Assembly: GCA_045591175.1 (NCBI GenBank)
Contig: JAZNSI010000062.1
Coordinates: forward strand, 5,983 to 69,982
Source of the DNA: Clostridia bacterium
GTDB lineage: Bacteria > Bacillota > Clostridia > Christensenellales > Aristaeellaceae
DNA: 64,000 nucleotides
Direction of reading: 5' to 3'
Shown here: positions 52,362 through 64,000 of the stretch, piece after piece
Position numbering within the stretch: the stretch's first letter is position 1
How the letters are laid out: every line of letters begins with the position of its first letter
Notes under the pieces: model-generated
Told to the model about the DNA's origin: nothing
Seen by the model: only the letters and a program-made list of their open reading frames with translations
Databases searched by the model: none
Program-made: the position numbers and the translations under genes

Positions 52362-52406
52362 GGCAGAAGCGCCGCTGCGGCTGTACTGTCTGTGTATTGG
52401 ATCGCT

Positions 52407-53753
52407 TCAGTCCCCGGGCATCGGCCACTGGTACACCACCTCGCCGGAGCGGTTGATGTAGCCCTCGGTGGATGCGTCAAACTGGACGCGGGCCAGCGTG
52501 CCCTGGAAATCCTCCGCATCATAAAACCGGTACGGAATGATCACCTTGCCCCATGCATCGACGTATCCCCACGCCGGGATACCAGTCACCTTGGTGACCG
52601 CCTGCCAGCCCTGCCCATCCAGGCAGCGGCTGCCAAAATCCGCCGGGCGATCCCACCAGGTAGTAGACGGCTGGCCGTTTTTATCCACCAAGCACCAATA
52701 GCTGTTACCCACCAAGCCCACCCGCAGGCGGATGGGTGCTTCCTCCACAAGTGGCTCCTGATACCAGGCCGCATAAGAGAAGGCCGGCACAGTCGTCGTC
52801 ATGCGCACCGTGCCGTCTGCATTGAGCAGGAAGGGATCACCCTGCGTGGGGTAAATGAAGGCACTGCCATCCACCACGCCATGGAAACTCCAGTTATTGT
52901 CACTTTCATAAGCGACGCAGCCCTCGCTGTCGATCAGCAGAAAGCCGCGCTCCGGGTGAAATACCTCTGCAAATCCTCCATCAAAATCCATGACAAAGCT
53001 GTATTGGGGGGCGATTGCGATGCGGCCCTGCGCATCGGCATAGCCCATGAGCCCCGCCTCGTTTTCCACAGCAACCAGGCCGCAGCGCATCACAGATTCC
53101 GCTTCCACATGGATGCCCTCAGGAAACACGATCTCCTTTCCCTGCATGTCCAGCAACACTGCATGCTCCACATCATGAAAGGTCACGGTGAAGAAGCCCT
53201 CACTATATTCGCCCGGGCGCCGGCCACAGGTTTCGACGGGTACGATTTCCTCCCCGGTGAAGCGGTTGAGGTAACCATGCAGCGTACCCTGCCCGACATA
53301 CATGACCGGCCAGCCCTGCTGTGTCCAGGCATAGTCCCACTGCACGCCGGAGAAGTATCGGTTTTCCGCATTGAACCACCCCTTCATTCCGCCCTTACTC
53401 ACCAGGAACACGCCCGTTACGCCATATGCAATGCTGTCCTCATTGCTACAATGGTCTACAACCAGATACTCCGGCGACAGCAGATACGCGCCGTTTTTGT
53501 CGATGACACCCTGAGCTTCCATTCCAGTCTCCGGTGAGGCTGTGCCTGCCGCGGCACAGCCATCATGGAAATGCCCCGCGTAACCATACTGCGGCTCGAT
53601 CCCCCAGCTCCCGTCCTCCCGGATATACCCCCACAGCCCCGTTTCGGGGTCGTAGGCGGGCCACAGGGTCGTTTCCGTGTCAGCGTCCGCCGCGAGGGCG
53701 GAAAGGCTCACAAGGGCCAAAACGAGGCAAAGAAGGGCAGTCAGCTTTTTCAT
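52407..53753 (-). CDS. Secreted WG-repeat (KWG-like) protein
   Basis: Signal peptide MKKLTALLCLVLALVSLSALA; recurring ..GLWGYI..G..I.P.Y/..GLMGYAD..G.I.I.PQY/..AWGYVD.WGKVIIPYRF units. Confidence 0.7.
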   Translation of the reverse strand: MKKLTALLCLVLALVSLSALAADADTETTLWPAYDPETGLWGYIREDGSWGIEPQYGYAGHFHDGCAAAGTASPETGMEAQGVIDKNGAYLLSPEYLVVDHCSNEDSIAYGVTGVFLVSKGGMKGWFNAENRYFSGVQWDYAWTQQGWPVMYVGQGTLHGYLNRFTGEEIVPVETCGRRPGEYSEGFFTVTFHDVEHAVLLDMQGKEIVFPEGIHVEAESVMRCGLVAVENEAGLMGYADAQGRIAIAPQYSFVMDFDGGFAEVFHPERGFLLIDSEGCVAYESDNNWSFHGVVDGSAFIYPTQGDPFLLNADGTVRMTTTVPAFSYAAWYQEPLVEEAPIRLRVGLVGNSYWCLVDKNGQPSTTWWDRPADFGSRCLDGQGWQAVTKVTGIPAWGYVDAWGKVIIPYRFYDAEDFQGTLARVQFDASTEGYINRSGEVVYQWPMPGD

Positions 53754-53907
53754 CCGTATCGCCTCCTCAACAGCACTTTCACCTATAAAGACGTTTCTCA
53801 TGCCCAAATTATTCCCGGCGAGGGCCTAAAATCCTCCTTTTTGCAAATTTCTTCGCGCGCGCGCGTAATATTAATGAAGAAACCCTCTTCCCTTTTGGCC
53901 CAAAAGA

Positions 53908-53916
53908 TGATATAAT
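53908..53916 (+). promoter_or_regulatory. Extended -10 element upstream of gyrB
   Basis: TGaTATAAT; no good -35; a second candidate TTGCAA-19 nt-TAATAT lies at 53841-53871. Confidence 0.35.
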
Positions 53917-54017
53917 CATCATGCTGGGGTAGATTGTTTTTTCGTTCCCCAGCCCCATCGAAACCGTTTTATCCCTCCCTGGAAACAGAGGAGTTGACCT
54001 GCCCCATTTTTCATTAG

Positions 54018-56054
<2,037 letters not shown>

Positions 56055-56103
56055 CGTTTCAGATACTTTGCTGCTTGGTTTTAGCCATTGCTGCGCGGGC
56101 TCC

Positions 56104-56149
56104 CTCAGTCAGCCGACAAGCGGCTGACAGCTCCCTCCCAGAGGGAGCC
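56104..56149 (+). repeat. Mosaic repeat module in gyrB-gyrA spacer
   Basis: CTCAGTCAGCcgacaagcgGCTGACAGCTCCCTCccaGAGGGAGCC, same two-hairpin module as 16444-16487. Confidence 0.7.
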
Positions 56150-56211
56150 TCAGTTGGTCGGCCCCGCTGCAAATTCCTTGTTCCGTGCAACAAAAGGGAG
56201 AAATATTCACA

Positions 56212-58767
56212 ATGAGCAACATTCAAGATAAGCTTATCCCGGTCAATCTGGAAGCGGAGATGAAGAAGAGCTTCATTTCCTACGCCATGGCCGTTATCAT
56301 TGACCGCGCGCTGCCGGATGTGCGCGACGGCCTGAAGCCTGTGCATCGCCGCATCCTGTACGATATGCACGAGCTGGGCATGACCCCCGACAAGCCCTAC
56401 CGCAAGTCCGCCCGTCTGGTGGGCGACGTGCTGGGTAAGTTCCACCCCCACGGCGACTCCTCCGTCTATGACGCGATGGTTCGCCTGGCCCAGCCCTTCA
56501 ACATCCGCTACTGCCTGGTGGACGGCCAGGGCAACTACGGCTCCGTGGACGGCGACGACGCGGCCGCCATGCGTTACACCGAAGCCCGCATGACCAAGCT
56601 GACCCCCCACCTGCTGGACGGCATCGAGAAGGACACGGTGGATTTCTACCCCAACTTCGACGAGACCCTCATGCAGCCTGCCGTGCTGCCCGCCCGTTTC
56701 CCCAACCTGCTGGTGAACGGCTCCAGCGGCATCGCCGTCGGCATGGCCACCAACATCCCGCCCCACAACCTGGGCGAGGTGATCGACGGCGTCATCTGCA
56801 TGATCGACAACCCTGACTGCACCATCGACGACCTGATGGAGCACATCAAGGGCCCCGACTTCCCCACCGGCGGCATCATCCTGGGCCGCAGGGGCATCCG
56901 CGAGGCATACTACACCGGTCATGGCCGCATCGAGGTGCGCGCCAAGACCAACATCGAGCAGATGCCCAATAACCGCTGCCGCATCGTCGTGACCGAGATC
57001 CCCTATCAGGTCAACAAGGCCCGACTGGTGGAGAAGATCGCCGAGCTGGTGCACGAGAAGCGCGTGGAGGGCATCAGCGACATCCGCGATGAGTCCGACC
57101 GCGAGGGCATGCGCATCGTCATCGAGCTGAAGAAGGACGTATACCCCCAGGTGGTGCTGAACTTCCTGTACAAGCACACCAGCCTGCAGGAGACCTTCGG
57201 CGCGAACATGCTGGCGCTGGTCAACGGCCAGCCCAGGGTGCTGCCCCTGCGCGACATGGTGTACTACTACCTGGAGCATCAGAAGGACGTCGTCACCCGC
57301 CGCACCAAGTTCGAGCTGAACAAGGCCCAGGCCCGCGCCCACATCTTGGAGGGCCTGCTGAAGGCCCTGGATCACATCGACGAGATCGTCGCCATCATCC
57401 GCGGCAGCAAGGACACTTCCACCGCCAAGACCGCCCTGATCGAGCGCTTTGACTTCTCCGAGAAGCAGGCCCAGGCCATCCTGGACATGCGTCTGGCCCG
57501 CCTGACCGGTCTGGAGCGCGATCGTCTGCAGTCCGAGTTTGACGAGCTGCAGGTCGAGATCCTGCGCCTGCAGGGCATCCTCGCGGACGAAGCCAAGCTG
57601 ATGGAGGTCATCAAGGCCGAGATCCTGGCCATCAAGGACAAGTTCGCCGACAAGCGCCGCACCGAGCTGACCACCATTGACGGCGAGATCGACGTGGAAG
57701 ACCTGATCGCCGAGGAGGGCATGGTCGTCACCATGACCAAGGAAGGCTACATCAAGCGCATCAGCAAGTCCGCCTACCGCAGCCAGAACCGCGGCGGCCG
57801 CGGCGTGACCGGCATGACCACCAAGGACGAGGACTACGCCGTGCAGATGCGCGTCGTGGGCACCCATGACGAGATCATGTTCTTCACCAACCTGGGCCGC
57901 GTGTACATGATCAAGTGCTATCAAATTCCCGAAGCAGGCCGTCAGGCCCGCGGCACGGCGATGGTCAACCTGCTGCAAATCGGCTCGGGCGAGAAGGTCA
58001 CCCGCATGGTGCCCGTGCCCAAGGGCAGCGACAAGACGGAGTACAACATCGTCATGGCGACCCGCGAGGGCATGATCAAGAAGACCCCCTTCGAGGACTT
58101 CCGCAACCTGCGCAAGAACGGCCTGATCGCCATCGTCCTCAAGGAAGGCGACGAGCTGATCGGCGTGGAGCTTTCCTCCGGCGAGGACGAGCTGATCCTG
58201 GGCACCCGCAAGGGCATGTGCATCCGCTTCAACGAGAAGCACATCCGCCCGATGGGCCGCGCCTCCATGGGCGTGAAGTCCATGAAGCTGGCCGAGGACG
58301 ACATCGTCATCGACATGGCGCCCATCGAGGAGGGCGCGACCGTGCTGGCCATCACCGAGGGCGGCTACGGCAAGCGCACCAGCCCCGACGAGTACCGCGA
58401 GCAGGGCCGCAACGGCAAGGGCATCCGCGCCATCAACCTGACCGAGAAAACCGGCGACCTGGCTGCGCTGCTGCTGGTGCACGAGGAGGAGGACATCCTG
58501 CTCATCACCGACGACGGCACCATCATCCGTACCCCCGCGGCGGACGTGCGCCTGTGCGGCCGCAACACCCAGGGCGTGCGCGTCATGCGCCTGGCCGAGG
58601 ACAGCAAGGTCATCGGCGTGGCCCGCGCGGAGAAGGAAGAGGAGACCGACGTTGCCGAAGTCATCGCGGAGATGAATGGCGAAGTCGTTGCTGAGGAAGT
58701 TCCTGTTGAGGCCGTCGATGTGGCCGTAGAAGCCACTGAGGAAACCGCTCCCGAAGCTGAAATTTGA
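56212..58767 (+). CDS. gyrA: DNA gyrase subunit A
   Basis: [27 protein letters not shown] (catalytic Tyr), C-terminal beta-pinwheel repeats, acidic tail; start at ATG 56212 (MSNIQDK). Confidence 0.97.
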   Translation: MSNIQDKLIPVNLEAEMKKSFISYAMAVIIDRALPDVRDGLKPVHRRILYDMHELGMTPDKPYRKSARLVGDVLGKFHPHGDSSVYDAMVRLAQPFNIRYCLVDGQGNYGSVDGDDAAAMRYTEARMTKLTPHLLDGIEKDTVDFYPNFDETLMQPAVLPARFPNLLVNGSSGIAVGMATNIPPHNLGEVIDGVICMIDNPDCTIDDLMEHIKGPDFPTGGIILGRRGIREAYYTGHGRIEVRAKTNIEQMPNNRCRIVVTEIPYQVNKARLVEKIAELVHEKRVEGISDIRDESDREGMRIVIELKKDVYPQVVLNFLYKHTSLQETFGANMLALVNGQPRVLPLRDMVYYYLEHQKDVVTRRTKFELNKAQARAHILEGLLKALDHIDEIVAIIRGSKDTSTAKTALIERFDFSEKQAQAILDMRLARLTGLERDRLQSEFDELQVEILRLQGILADEAKLMEVIKAEILAIKDKFADKRRTELTTIDGEIDVEDLIAEEGMVVTMTKEGYIKRISKSAYRSQNRGGRGVTGMTTKDEDYAVQMRVVGTHDEIMFFTNLGRVYMIKCYQIPEAGRQARGTAMVNLLQIGSGEKVTRMVPVPKGSDKTEYNIVMATREGMIKKTPFEDFRNLRKNGLIAIVLKEGDELIGVELSSGEDELILGTRKGMCIRFNEKHIRPMGRASMGVKSMKLAEDDIVIDMAPIEEGATVLAITEGGYGKRTSPDEYREQGRNGKGIRAINLTEKTGDLAALLLVHEEEDILLITDDGTIIRTPAADVRLCGRNTQGVRVMRLAEDSKVIGVARAEKEEETDVAEVIAEMNGEVVAEEVPVEAVDVAVEATEETAPEAEI

Positions 58768-58777
58768 TAAATGAAAC

Positions 58778-58790
58778 GGGTCGAAGACCC
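58778..58790. repeat. 13-nt hairpin GGGTCGAAGACCC after gyrA
   Basis: See 23392-23404. Confidence 0.7.
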
Positions 58791-58791
58791 A

Positions 58792-58830
58792 AGCCCGGTA
58801 TGTGTGCTGCATGCCGGGCTGTATTCTTTC
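58792..58830 (+). terminator. Candidate terminator after gyrA
   Basis: AGCCCGG..CCGGGCT stem, T-rich tail GTATTCTTTC. Confidence 0.45.
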
Positions 58831-58844
58831 AAGGAGGACGTACC

Positions 58845-59420
58845 ATGCTGAACGATTACCTCACCGCCAAGCCCACCCTCGAAACCTCGCGTCTGATCCT
58901 GCGCTCCTTGGTGCCGGAGGACGCCGCCAGCCTCCGCCGCTGGCTGGCCCGGGACGAAATCTACACCTACTGGGGCCGCAAGGCCAGCAAGGGCGAGCGC
59001 GAGCCGGAATTGATGTTCATCGACCCGCGCCCGTGGGTGAAGCGCAAGCCCGACCCGGATTTCAAGTGGGGCATCGTGCTGAAAGAGACCAACGCCGTCA
59101 TCGGCGATGTCTCCATCTTCGATATTGAGAATGCCCGTATGGGCAGCGTAGGCTACCGCCTCGACCCCGACCTTTGGGGACACGGCTATGTCACCGAAGC
59201 CCTGCGCGCGGCGGTGGAGTTCATCTTCACCCACACCGAGCTTGACCGCCTCCACGCTACGGCGGATGTGCGCAACACCGCCTCCAACCGAGTGCTGGAG
59301 AAGTGCGGCTTCGTGCATGAGGGCACGATCCGGCATGGCAAGATGGTGTCCGTGTACTGCGATTATCATATCTGGGGGTTGCTCCGGGAAGATTGGGAGC
59401 AGATGAAGGCCACAACCTGA
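58845..59420 (+). CDS. GNAT family N-acetyltransferase (RimJ/RimL-like)
   Basis: LETSRLILRSL, GYRLDPDLWGHGYVTEAL, NTASNRVLEKCGF; AAGGAGGA before ATG 58845. Confidence 0.85.
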   Translation: MLNDYLTAKPTLETSRLILRSLVPEDAASLRRWLARDEIYTYWGRKASKGEREPELMFIDPRPWVKRKPDPDFKWGIVLKETNAVIGDVSIFDIENARMGSVGYRLDPDLWGHGYVTEALRAAVEFIFTHTELDRLHATADVRNTASNRVLEKCGFVHEGTIRHGKMVSVYCDYHIWGLLREDWEQMKATT

Positions 59421-59422
59421 CA

Positions 59423-59475
59423 CAAAAACCGGGAACCTCCGACACACATCGTCGTTGGTTCCCGGTCATTTTCAT
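59423..59475. terminator. Bidirectional terminator between GNAT (+) and 59484-60014 (-)
   Basis: ACCGGGAACC..GGTTCCCGGT stem flanked by AAAAA and cATTTTcat. Confidence 0.8.
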
Positions 59476-59483
59476 ATATACAC

Positions 59484-60014
59484 TTACTCGCGGTACCCCG
59501 CGCCCGGCCCTACCAGCTCCGCACCGTCGCCGTAGACGACCAGGTGCTCGGCGGATTCATCATCCTCGAAGAGCCGCCAGCATTCCTCGCCGCCGGAGGT
59601 GTCCGCCATGACGGTCAGCGTCGCGCCGCACTGGAACACCATCGTCAGGTCGCCCAGCTGGTTCAGCATCGCCGTCTTGACGGTCAGGCCGTCCAGGTCG
59701 CCGTTGAGGCGCTCAAGGGCCTCGTCCAGGCGGTTGCAGCCCTCGTCGTCGGAGTGGAAGTCATCGGGGATGTAGTCCTCCTCGTAGCCCATCGCGCGCC
59801 ACATGTTCCACATCGCCTCGGAGGGCTGGTAGACGTCGTTGCGCGCCAGGATGGTGCGGCCCTTCTCCGTCAGGCGGTAGTAGCACTGGATGTGCAGGAC
59901 ATAACGCCCAAAGGTCAGCATCAGCATATCCGCTGCGCGGTCCGCGCGGGTCAGGGGCTGCCTGATCAGGTTGTTCAGCCTCGTTTGTACAAGGGTGATT
60001 TCAGAGATGTTCAT
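59484..60014 (-). CDS. Hypothetical protein (176 aa)
   Basis: Open frame 24 nt downstream of thrC on the same strand, start MNISEITL; weak RBS; no recognised motif. Confidence 0.45.
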   Translation of the reverse strand: MNISEITLVQTRLNNLIRQPLTRADRAADMLMLTFGRYVLHIQCYYRLTEKGRTILARNDVYQPSEAMWNMWRAMGYEEDYIPDDFHSDDEGCNRLDEALERLNGDLDGLTVKTAMLNQLGDLTMVFQCGATLTVMADTSGGEECWRLFEDDESAEHLVVYGDGAELVGPGAGYRE

Positions 60015-60037
60015 TTTATTCCTTTCAGGGGTTGAGT

Positions 60038-61534
60038 TTACTTGCCAAAGGCCTCCATGACCGCTTGCGCCATCGCATCCTTCTCGCACTGCTGCTTGTG
60101 GCGCACGGGCAGCGTCCGCAGGGCCTTGACCTGAGCGGGCACCTTCACGCCGGTGACCTTCTCCAGCATTTCGCTGCACTGGAAGGCGTCCAGGCCGTTG
60201 ACGGCTTCCTTGCCCTCCACGGCGGAAAGCACGTCCGCGGCGAACTTGTAGGGGCTGGCGGTGGACACGATCACGGCGGGGGTCATGTCGCCGGTCTTTT
60301 CGCGGTATTCCTTCAGGACGTGGCTGGCCACGGCGGTGTGGGTGTCCATCAGGTAGTGATCCGTCTCGAAGCGGGCGCGGATCTCAGCGGCGCACTGCAT
60401 ATCGTCGCAGTAGCCGGCGTCGAACACGTCGCGCATCCACTCCTGGCGCTGCTCGCCGATGGCGTAGGTGTAGCACTCCTTGAGCTGCTTCATCCAGGTG
60501 GCGACCAGGCTGCCGTCGCGATCGGCGCACTCATACAGCAGACGCTCCAGGTTGGAGGAGATCAGGATGTCCATGGAGGGAGAGGTGGTCTTGAAGAAGG
60601 TGCGGCGGGTGTCGTACACGCCGTTGCGGAAGAAGTCGGTCAGGACGTTGTTGCGGTTGGATGCGCAGATCAGCTTGCCCACCGGCAGGCCCATGTTGCG
60701 GGCATAGTAGGCCGCCAGGATGTTGCCGAAGTTGCCGGTCGGCACGACAAAGTTCACCTGATCGCCCAGGGCGATGGCGCCCTCGTTCAGCAGATCCGCA
60801 TAGGCGGAGAAGTAGTACACAATCTGCGGCACCAGACGGCCGAAGTTGATGGAGTTGGCGCTGGACAGCACCTTCCCCTTGGCGTTCACCTGCGCGTTGA
60901 ATTCCGCGGAGGAGAACAGGTTCTTCACGCCGGTCTGGGCGTCGTCGAAGTTGCCGTGGATGCCGATGACGTGGGTGTTGTCGCCGCCGGTGGTGGTCAT
61001 CTGCAGCTTCTGCACGTCACTGACGCCGTCGGAGGGATAGAACACGGTGCAGGAGGTGCCGGGCACGTCCTTGAAGCCCTCCAGGGCCGCCTTGCCGGTA
61101 TCGCCGGAGGTCGCAACCAGGATGGACACCTCGCGTTCCTCGCCGTTCTTCTTCGCGGAGAGGGTGGTCAGGTGGGGCAGCAGCTGCAGGGCCATGTCCT
61201 TGAAGGCCAGCGTCGGGCCGTGGAACAGCTCCAGCACCCAGGTCTCGTCATCGATCTTCTTCATCGGGGCGATGGCGGGATCGTCAAACTTCTTCTCGTC
61301 ATAGGCTGCCGCGAGGGCTTCCTCGATCTCCGGGATGGTGAAGTCCTCCAGGTAGGTCTTGAGGATCGCACAGGCGCGCTGACGGTAATCCATATCCGCC
61401 AGCTTGCCGATCTTCTGCAGGCTGATGGGCGGGAACATGGCGGGGACGTACAGTCCGCCGTCGGGCGCAAGGCCGTAGAGGATCGCCTGGGACGCGGTGA
61501 CTGCCGCGCCGCCTCGGGTGGAGAAGAAAGACAT
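60038..61534 (-). CDS. thrC: Threonine synthase
   Basis: MSFFSTRGG.., LFHGPTLAFKDMALQ (PLP lysine), ATSGDTGKA, ~498 aa. Confidence 0.95.
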   Translation of the reverse strand: MSFFSTRGGAAVTASQAILYGLAPDGGLYVPAMFPPISLQKIGKLADMDYRQRACAILKTYLEDFTIPEIEEALAAAYDEKKFDDPAIAPMKKIDDETWVLELFHGPTLAFKDMALQLLPHLTTLSAKKNGEEREVSILVATSGDTGKAALEGFKDVPGTSCTVFYPSDGVSDVQKLQMTTTGGDNTHVIGIHGNFDDAQTGVKNLFSSAEFNAQVNAKGKVLSSANSINFGRLVPQIVYYFSAYADLLNEGAIALGDQVNFVVPTGNFGNILAAYYARNMGLPVGKLICASNRNNVLTDFFRNGVYDTRRTFFKTTSPSMDILISSNLERLLYECADRDGSLVATWMKQLKECYTYAIGEQRQEWMRDVFDAGYCDDMQCAAEIRARFETDHYLMDTHTAVASHVLKEYREKTGDMTPAVIVSTASPYKFAADVLSAVEGKEAVNGLDAFQCSEMLEKVTGVKVPAQVKALRTLPVRHKQQCEKDAMAQAVMEAFGK

Positions 61535-61649
61535 GGGAATCACACTCCAAATCTATATTGATGTCAATGGCTGGTTCTGAGCAGCGCAGGCATTCTCTCC
61601 TGCACTGTTGAAAAACAGCCATCCGCCGCATTGTATACAATCCCTTGCA

Positions 61650-61693
61650 CAAAAACAAAGGAACAGGGCGGCAGCACGTTCACCACCGCCCTG
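61650..61693 (-). terminator. Terminator after P-loop gene
   Basis: Minus strand CAGGGCGG..CCGCCCTG stem then TTCCTTTGTTTTT. Confidence 0.65.
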
Positions 61694-61704
61694 ACATGCT
61701 TTGA

Positions 61705-62127
61705 TTAGATGACGTAGGCCTTGCAGAACTCGGGCAGAGCCTCGGGGTCAGCGCTGACGGACAGCACGAAGGTCGCATTGCTCTTCTTGCCCAGCGCCTC
61801 CAGCGCCTCGAAGAACCACGCAGCGTCAGCCAGCTCGATGCTCACCAGCTTCAGGAACGCATCCACAAAGATGGTGGAGATGTCATAGTTGCTGGCCAGC
61901 ATGCCGCACAGGAAGCCCAGGAGCTTGTCCGCGCTGGCTTCCTTCTTGGTGTCGTAATAGTCGTTCACGTTGACGAAACGCACCGCGCGGTCGATCTCGT
62001 ACATGTAGCTGTTGTCCTTATCCAGGAACACAACGTTACCGGCAGCAGTCTTGGCGGTGTCATTGGTCATATCGATGAGCCGCTTGGTCTTGCCGGAGCC
62101 CTTGTTGCCTGCGATAATCTTAATCAT
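61705..62127 (-). CDS. Small stand-alone P-loop NTPase-like protein (140 aa)
   Basis: MIKIIAGNKGSGKTKRLID Walker A; hydrophobic strand + Asp (TIFVDAF) as possible Walker B; own terminator. Confidence 0.55.
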   Translation of the reverse strand: MIKIIAGNKGSGKTKRLIDMTNDTAKTAAGNVVFLDKDNSYMYEIDRAVRFVNVNDYYDTKKEASADKLLGFLCGMLASNYDISTIFVDAFLKLVSIELADAAWFFEALEALGKKSNATFVLSVSADPEALPEFCKAYVI

Positions 62128-62234
62128 GGGAAAACGCCTCCTTCAATAGAGATAATTCTCTTGACCTGATTATAAACCATTTTTGCCAAATATGCAATCC
62201 CTCCGGGGAAGATTCCTGAAAATCGCACTGTTTT

Positions 62235-64000
62235 TCATTCGTCTTTCGCATCCACAGGGGATTCACCTGTATCATTCGCCAGCCTGTCGGCCAATTCCTG
62301 CCGGGTCAGCGGAGGAAGTACACGCTTAGTACAATGGGGCATGGCGGGGTCAAATCCGCATACGGCGGCATATTCACACCACTGGCAGGCATTCCAGCCC
62401 TTCATTTCCGCGGGGCTGACGGAGATATCGCCCTCGCGGATGCCGTCCGCAAGATCAGCAGCGGTCTGCTGCGTATGGGCGAGCAGGCGCTGCATCTCCT
62501 CCCGGGAGTAGGCGTTTGCCCGGGCCGCCACTGCGCCGGTCTTGGTGAAAACAGGGCCGATGGCTGTGCCATCCGCGTCCATGGCGCTGACCACATCCAC
62601 CTCGGAGAGCACCACGCCCTTCAATTGCAGCGTCTTGGCGATGGCGGCTTCCGCAGCAGATTTCACATCCTCCGCTTCCACCAGCGGGTCATTCACCCGG
62701 AAGTAGAAGGCGCCTGCAGCATTGCCCTTCATGCCCTGGGCTGCCGCCTGCAGATAGAGCATCAGCTGCAGCTGCAGACCATACCACAGCCGGGTGGGGT
62801 CGATGTCCTTGCGGGCGGACTTGTAGTCGATGACCCGCAGATACGCGTCGCTGCCGTCGTCCCAGCGGTCGATGCGGTCGATCTTGCCGCGCAATGCGAT
62901 GCGTCTTCCGTCCTTGAGCGTCAGCACCACCGGCGGCAGACCGTCCTCCGTGCCGAACTCGACCTCCTCGCCCACCGTGCGGAAGCGGCTGGTCTTTGCA
63001 TGCCGCGTGAACAGCCACGCAGCCCGCTTCACCGTGCGGACGTACTTTTCGCCCTGCAGCCTCGCGGCGGGGGTGTCGGTCAGGGGGCCGTCCTGCCACT
63101 GTGCGGTCAGGGGGCGCAGGACTTCCTCCATCATGGCGTCGATCTCCTCCTCCGGGAGGTCGGGCCAGTCCGGGTGATGGAGCGCCGCATGGGCAAATCC
63201 CTGCAGGGCCGCATGATAGAATTCGCCCGCGTCGTCCGCCTCAAAGGCCCAGGCTTCCCGCTTGACGGGCTTCAGGCCGTAATCCACATAATGCTGGTAG
63301 GGGCAGGACGCAAACTTCTCCAGGCGGCTGATGGACACGGTGTCCTGGGTGAAGAGCCGCCTTGTCAGCTCATTCGGCAGACGGCCGTCACCGCCTCCGG
63401 CGACCGCGCTGGCGATCACCTGCCGGGTGCGCTCATGCCATGCATCCGACTGCCACAGCCACTTGAGCGCGTTGAGCCAGGCGGGTTCCAGCGTCTCCAC
63501 AATGCCGTCCGCCAGCGCCCGTAAGCGCGGGGCCAGCGCGTCCAGCGCCAGCTGCGGGGACAGGGGCAGATCATCCGAGCCGTCCGCCGTTACGCCGCCG
63601 GTGATCACCAGATCAGGGAACAGGCTGCGCACATCATCCACCAGACTTGCCGGGCGCAGGGCCGTGCCGTCCTGGCTGCCCTGGGCGAAGGTGATGAGCA
63701 GCTGCGCCTTGGGCAGGGCGATGGTGCGGTAGAAGTCCGACTGGCGCAGGGCCGCGGTTTCCTGCCTTGTCAGGCCGATGGGGCGCTCATGTCCCTCGGC
63801 GAGGGCGCGGCGTTCCACCTCGGTGATCAGGCTGTCCTGGCTTGACGCCATCGCGCCGTCCTGCATGCCGCAGAGCACCAGCGCATCGATGCGCCCGGTC
63901 AGCAGATGTCCCGCTGCGCCGATCATGACCGCCTCCGGCTGGGGCGGCAGACTGGCAATGCTTGCGCCGGTGAGGCCGCTGGTGACAAACCTCGCAATGT
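62235..64000 (-). CDS. addB: Helicase-exonuclease AddAB subunit AddB, C-terminal part (frame stays open to the window end)
   Basis: Fe-S cysteines CPYQHY ... CQWCEYAAVC flanking a RecB-type nuclease block (RIDRWD.., VIDYKSARKD); codons 63927-64000 have no stop. Confidence 0.85.
   Translation of the reverse strand, partial: IARFVTSGLTGASIASLPPQPEAVMIGAAGHLLTGRIDALVLCGMQDGAMASSQDSLITEVERRALAEGHERPIGLTRQETAALRQSDFYRTIALPKAQLLITFAQGSQDGTALRPASLVDDVRSLFPDLVITGGVTADGSDDLPLSPQLALDALAPRLRALADGIVETLEPAWLNALKWLWQSDAWHERTRQVIASAVAGGGDGRLPNELTRRLFTQDTVSISRLEKFASCPYQHYVDYGLKPVKREAWAFEADDAGEFYHAALQGFAHAALHHPDWPDLPEEEIDAMMEEVLRPLTAQWQDGPLTDTPAARLQGEKYVRTVKRAAWLFTRHAKTSRFRTVGEEVEFGTEDGLPPVVLTLKDGRRIALRGKIDRIDRWDDGSDAYLRVIDYKSARKDIDPTRLWYGLQLQLMLYLQAAAQGMKGNAAGAFYFRVNDPLVEAEDVKSAAEAAIAKTLQLKGVVLSEVDVVSAMDADGTAIGPVFTKTGAVAARANAYSREEMQRLLAHTQQTAADLADGIREGDISVSPAEMKGWNACQWCEYAAVCGFDPAMPHCTKRVLPPLTRQELADRLANDTGESPVDAKDE

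Noticed and set aside
61535-61704. A T-box or amino-acid riboswitch upstream of thrC (and likewise upstream of cysE at 42414-42581).
   Set aside because: The leaders are about 90 nt and about 35 nt after plausible promoters, too short for a T-box. There is no specifier loop/T-box sequence and no terminator-antiterminator pair.

Overview
A 64-kb stretch of high-GC (roughly 60-65% by eye) Firmicutes/Clostridia-type chromosome. Evidence for this is GGAGG-type ribosome-binding sites, canonical TTGACA-17-TATAAT promoters and the gene content; an Oscillospiraceae-like gut anaerobe is my guess only. I support 48 protein-coding genes.

**Gene content**
- DNA metabolism: recQ, comEC, xth, gyrB-gyrA, addB (partial).
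- Housekeeping: thrC, cysE, and a YbiT-like ABC-F ATPase.
- Peptidases (many): M16C, M20, S51, and two M24B.
- Glycan use: GH43 (partial), GH94 cellobiose-phosphorylase-like, GH127, a GH26-like protein, a FucI-like isomerase, and an LplABC-type sugar ABC importer.
- Cell envelope: glf plus a GT2, CotH, two tandem exported cyclophilins, a CapA-like fusion, and two copies of a DUF2233 + Lgt-like cassette.

I saw no rRNA, tRNA, CRISPR array, transposase, integrase, or recognisable defence or toxin system. The window looks like core or accessory metabolism, not a mobile island.

**Signals not explained by ordinary annotation**
1. A mosaic family of GC-rich stem-loop repeats fills many intergenic spacers. 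Two long colinear copies sit upstream of two carbohydrate-active genes.
2. An identical 14-bp palindromic operator plus a shared leader block links GH94, an operon headed by a secreted four-repeat protein with an ABC importer, and an FMN-binding stalk protein.
3. The DUF2233 + Lgt-like cassette is duplicated.
4. A 51-nt coding tail is duplicated in the -1 frame, with only synonymous differences.
5. The ABC-F ATPase has a dead second ATP-binding site.

**Limits**
All calls come from reading the sequence and the ORF track. No searches were run. Hairpin and motif coordinates are good to about +/-2 nt. The many long antisense ORFs in the track are GC-driven artefacts.
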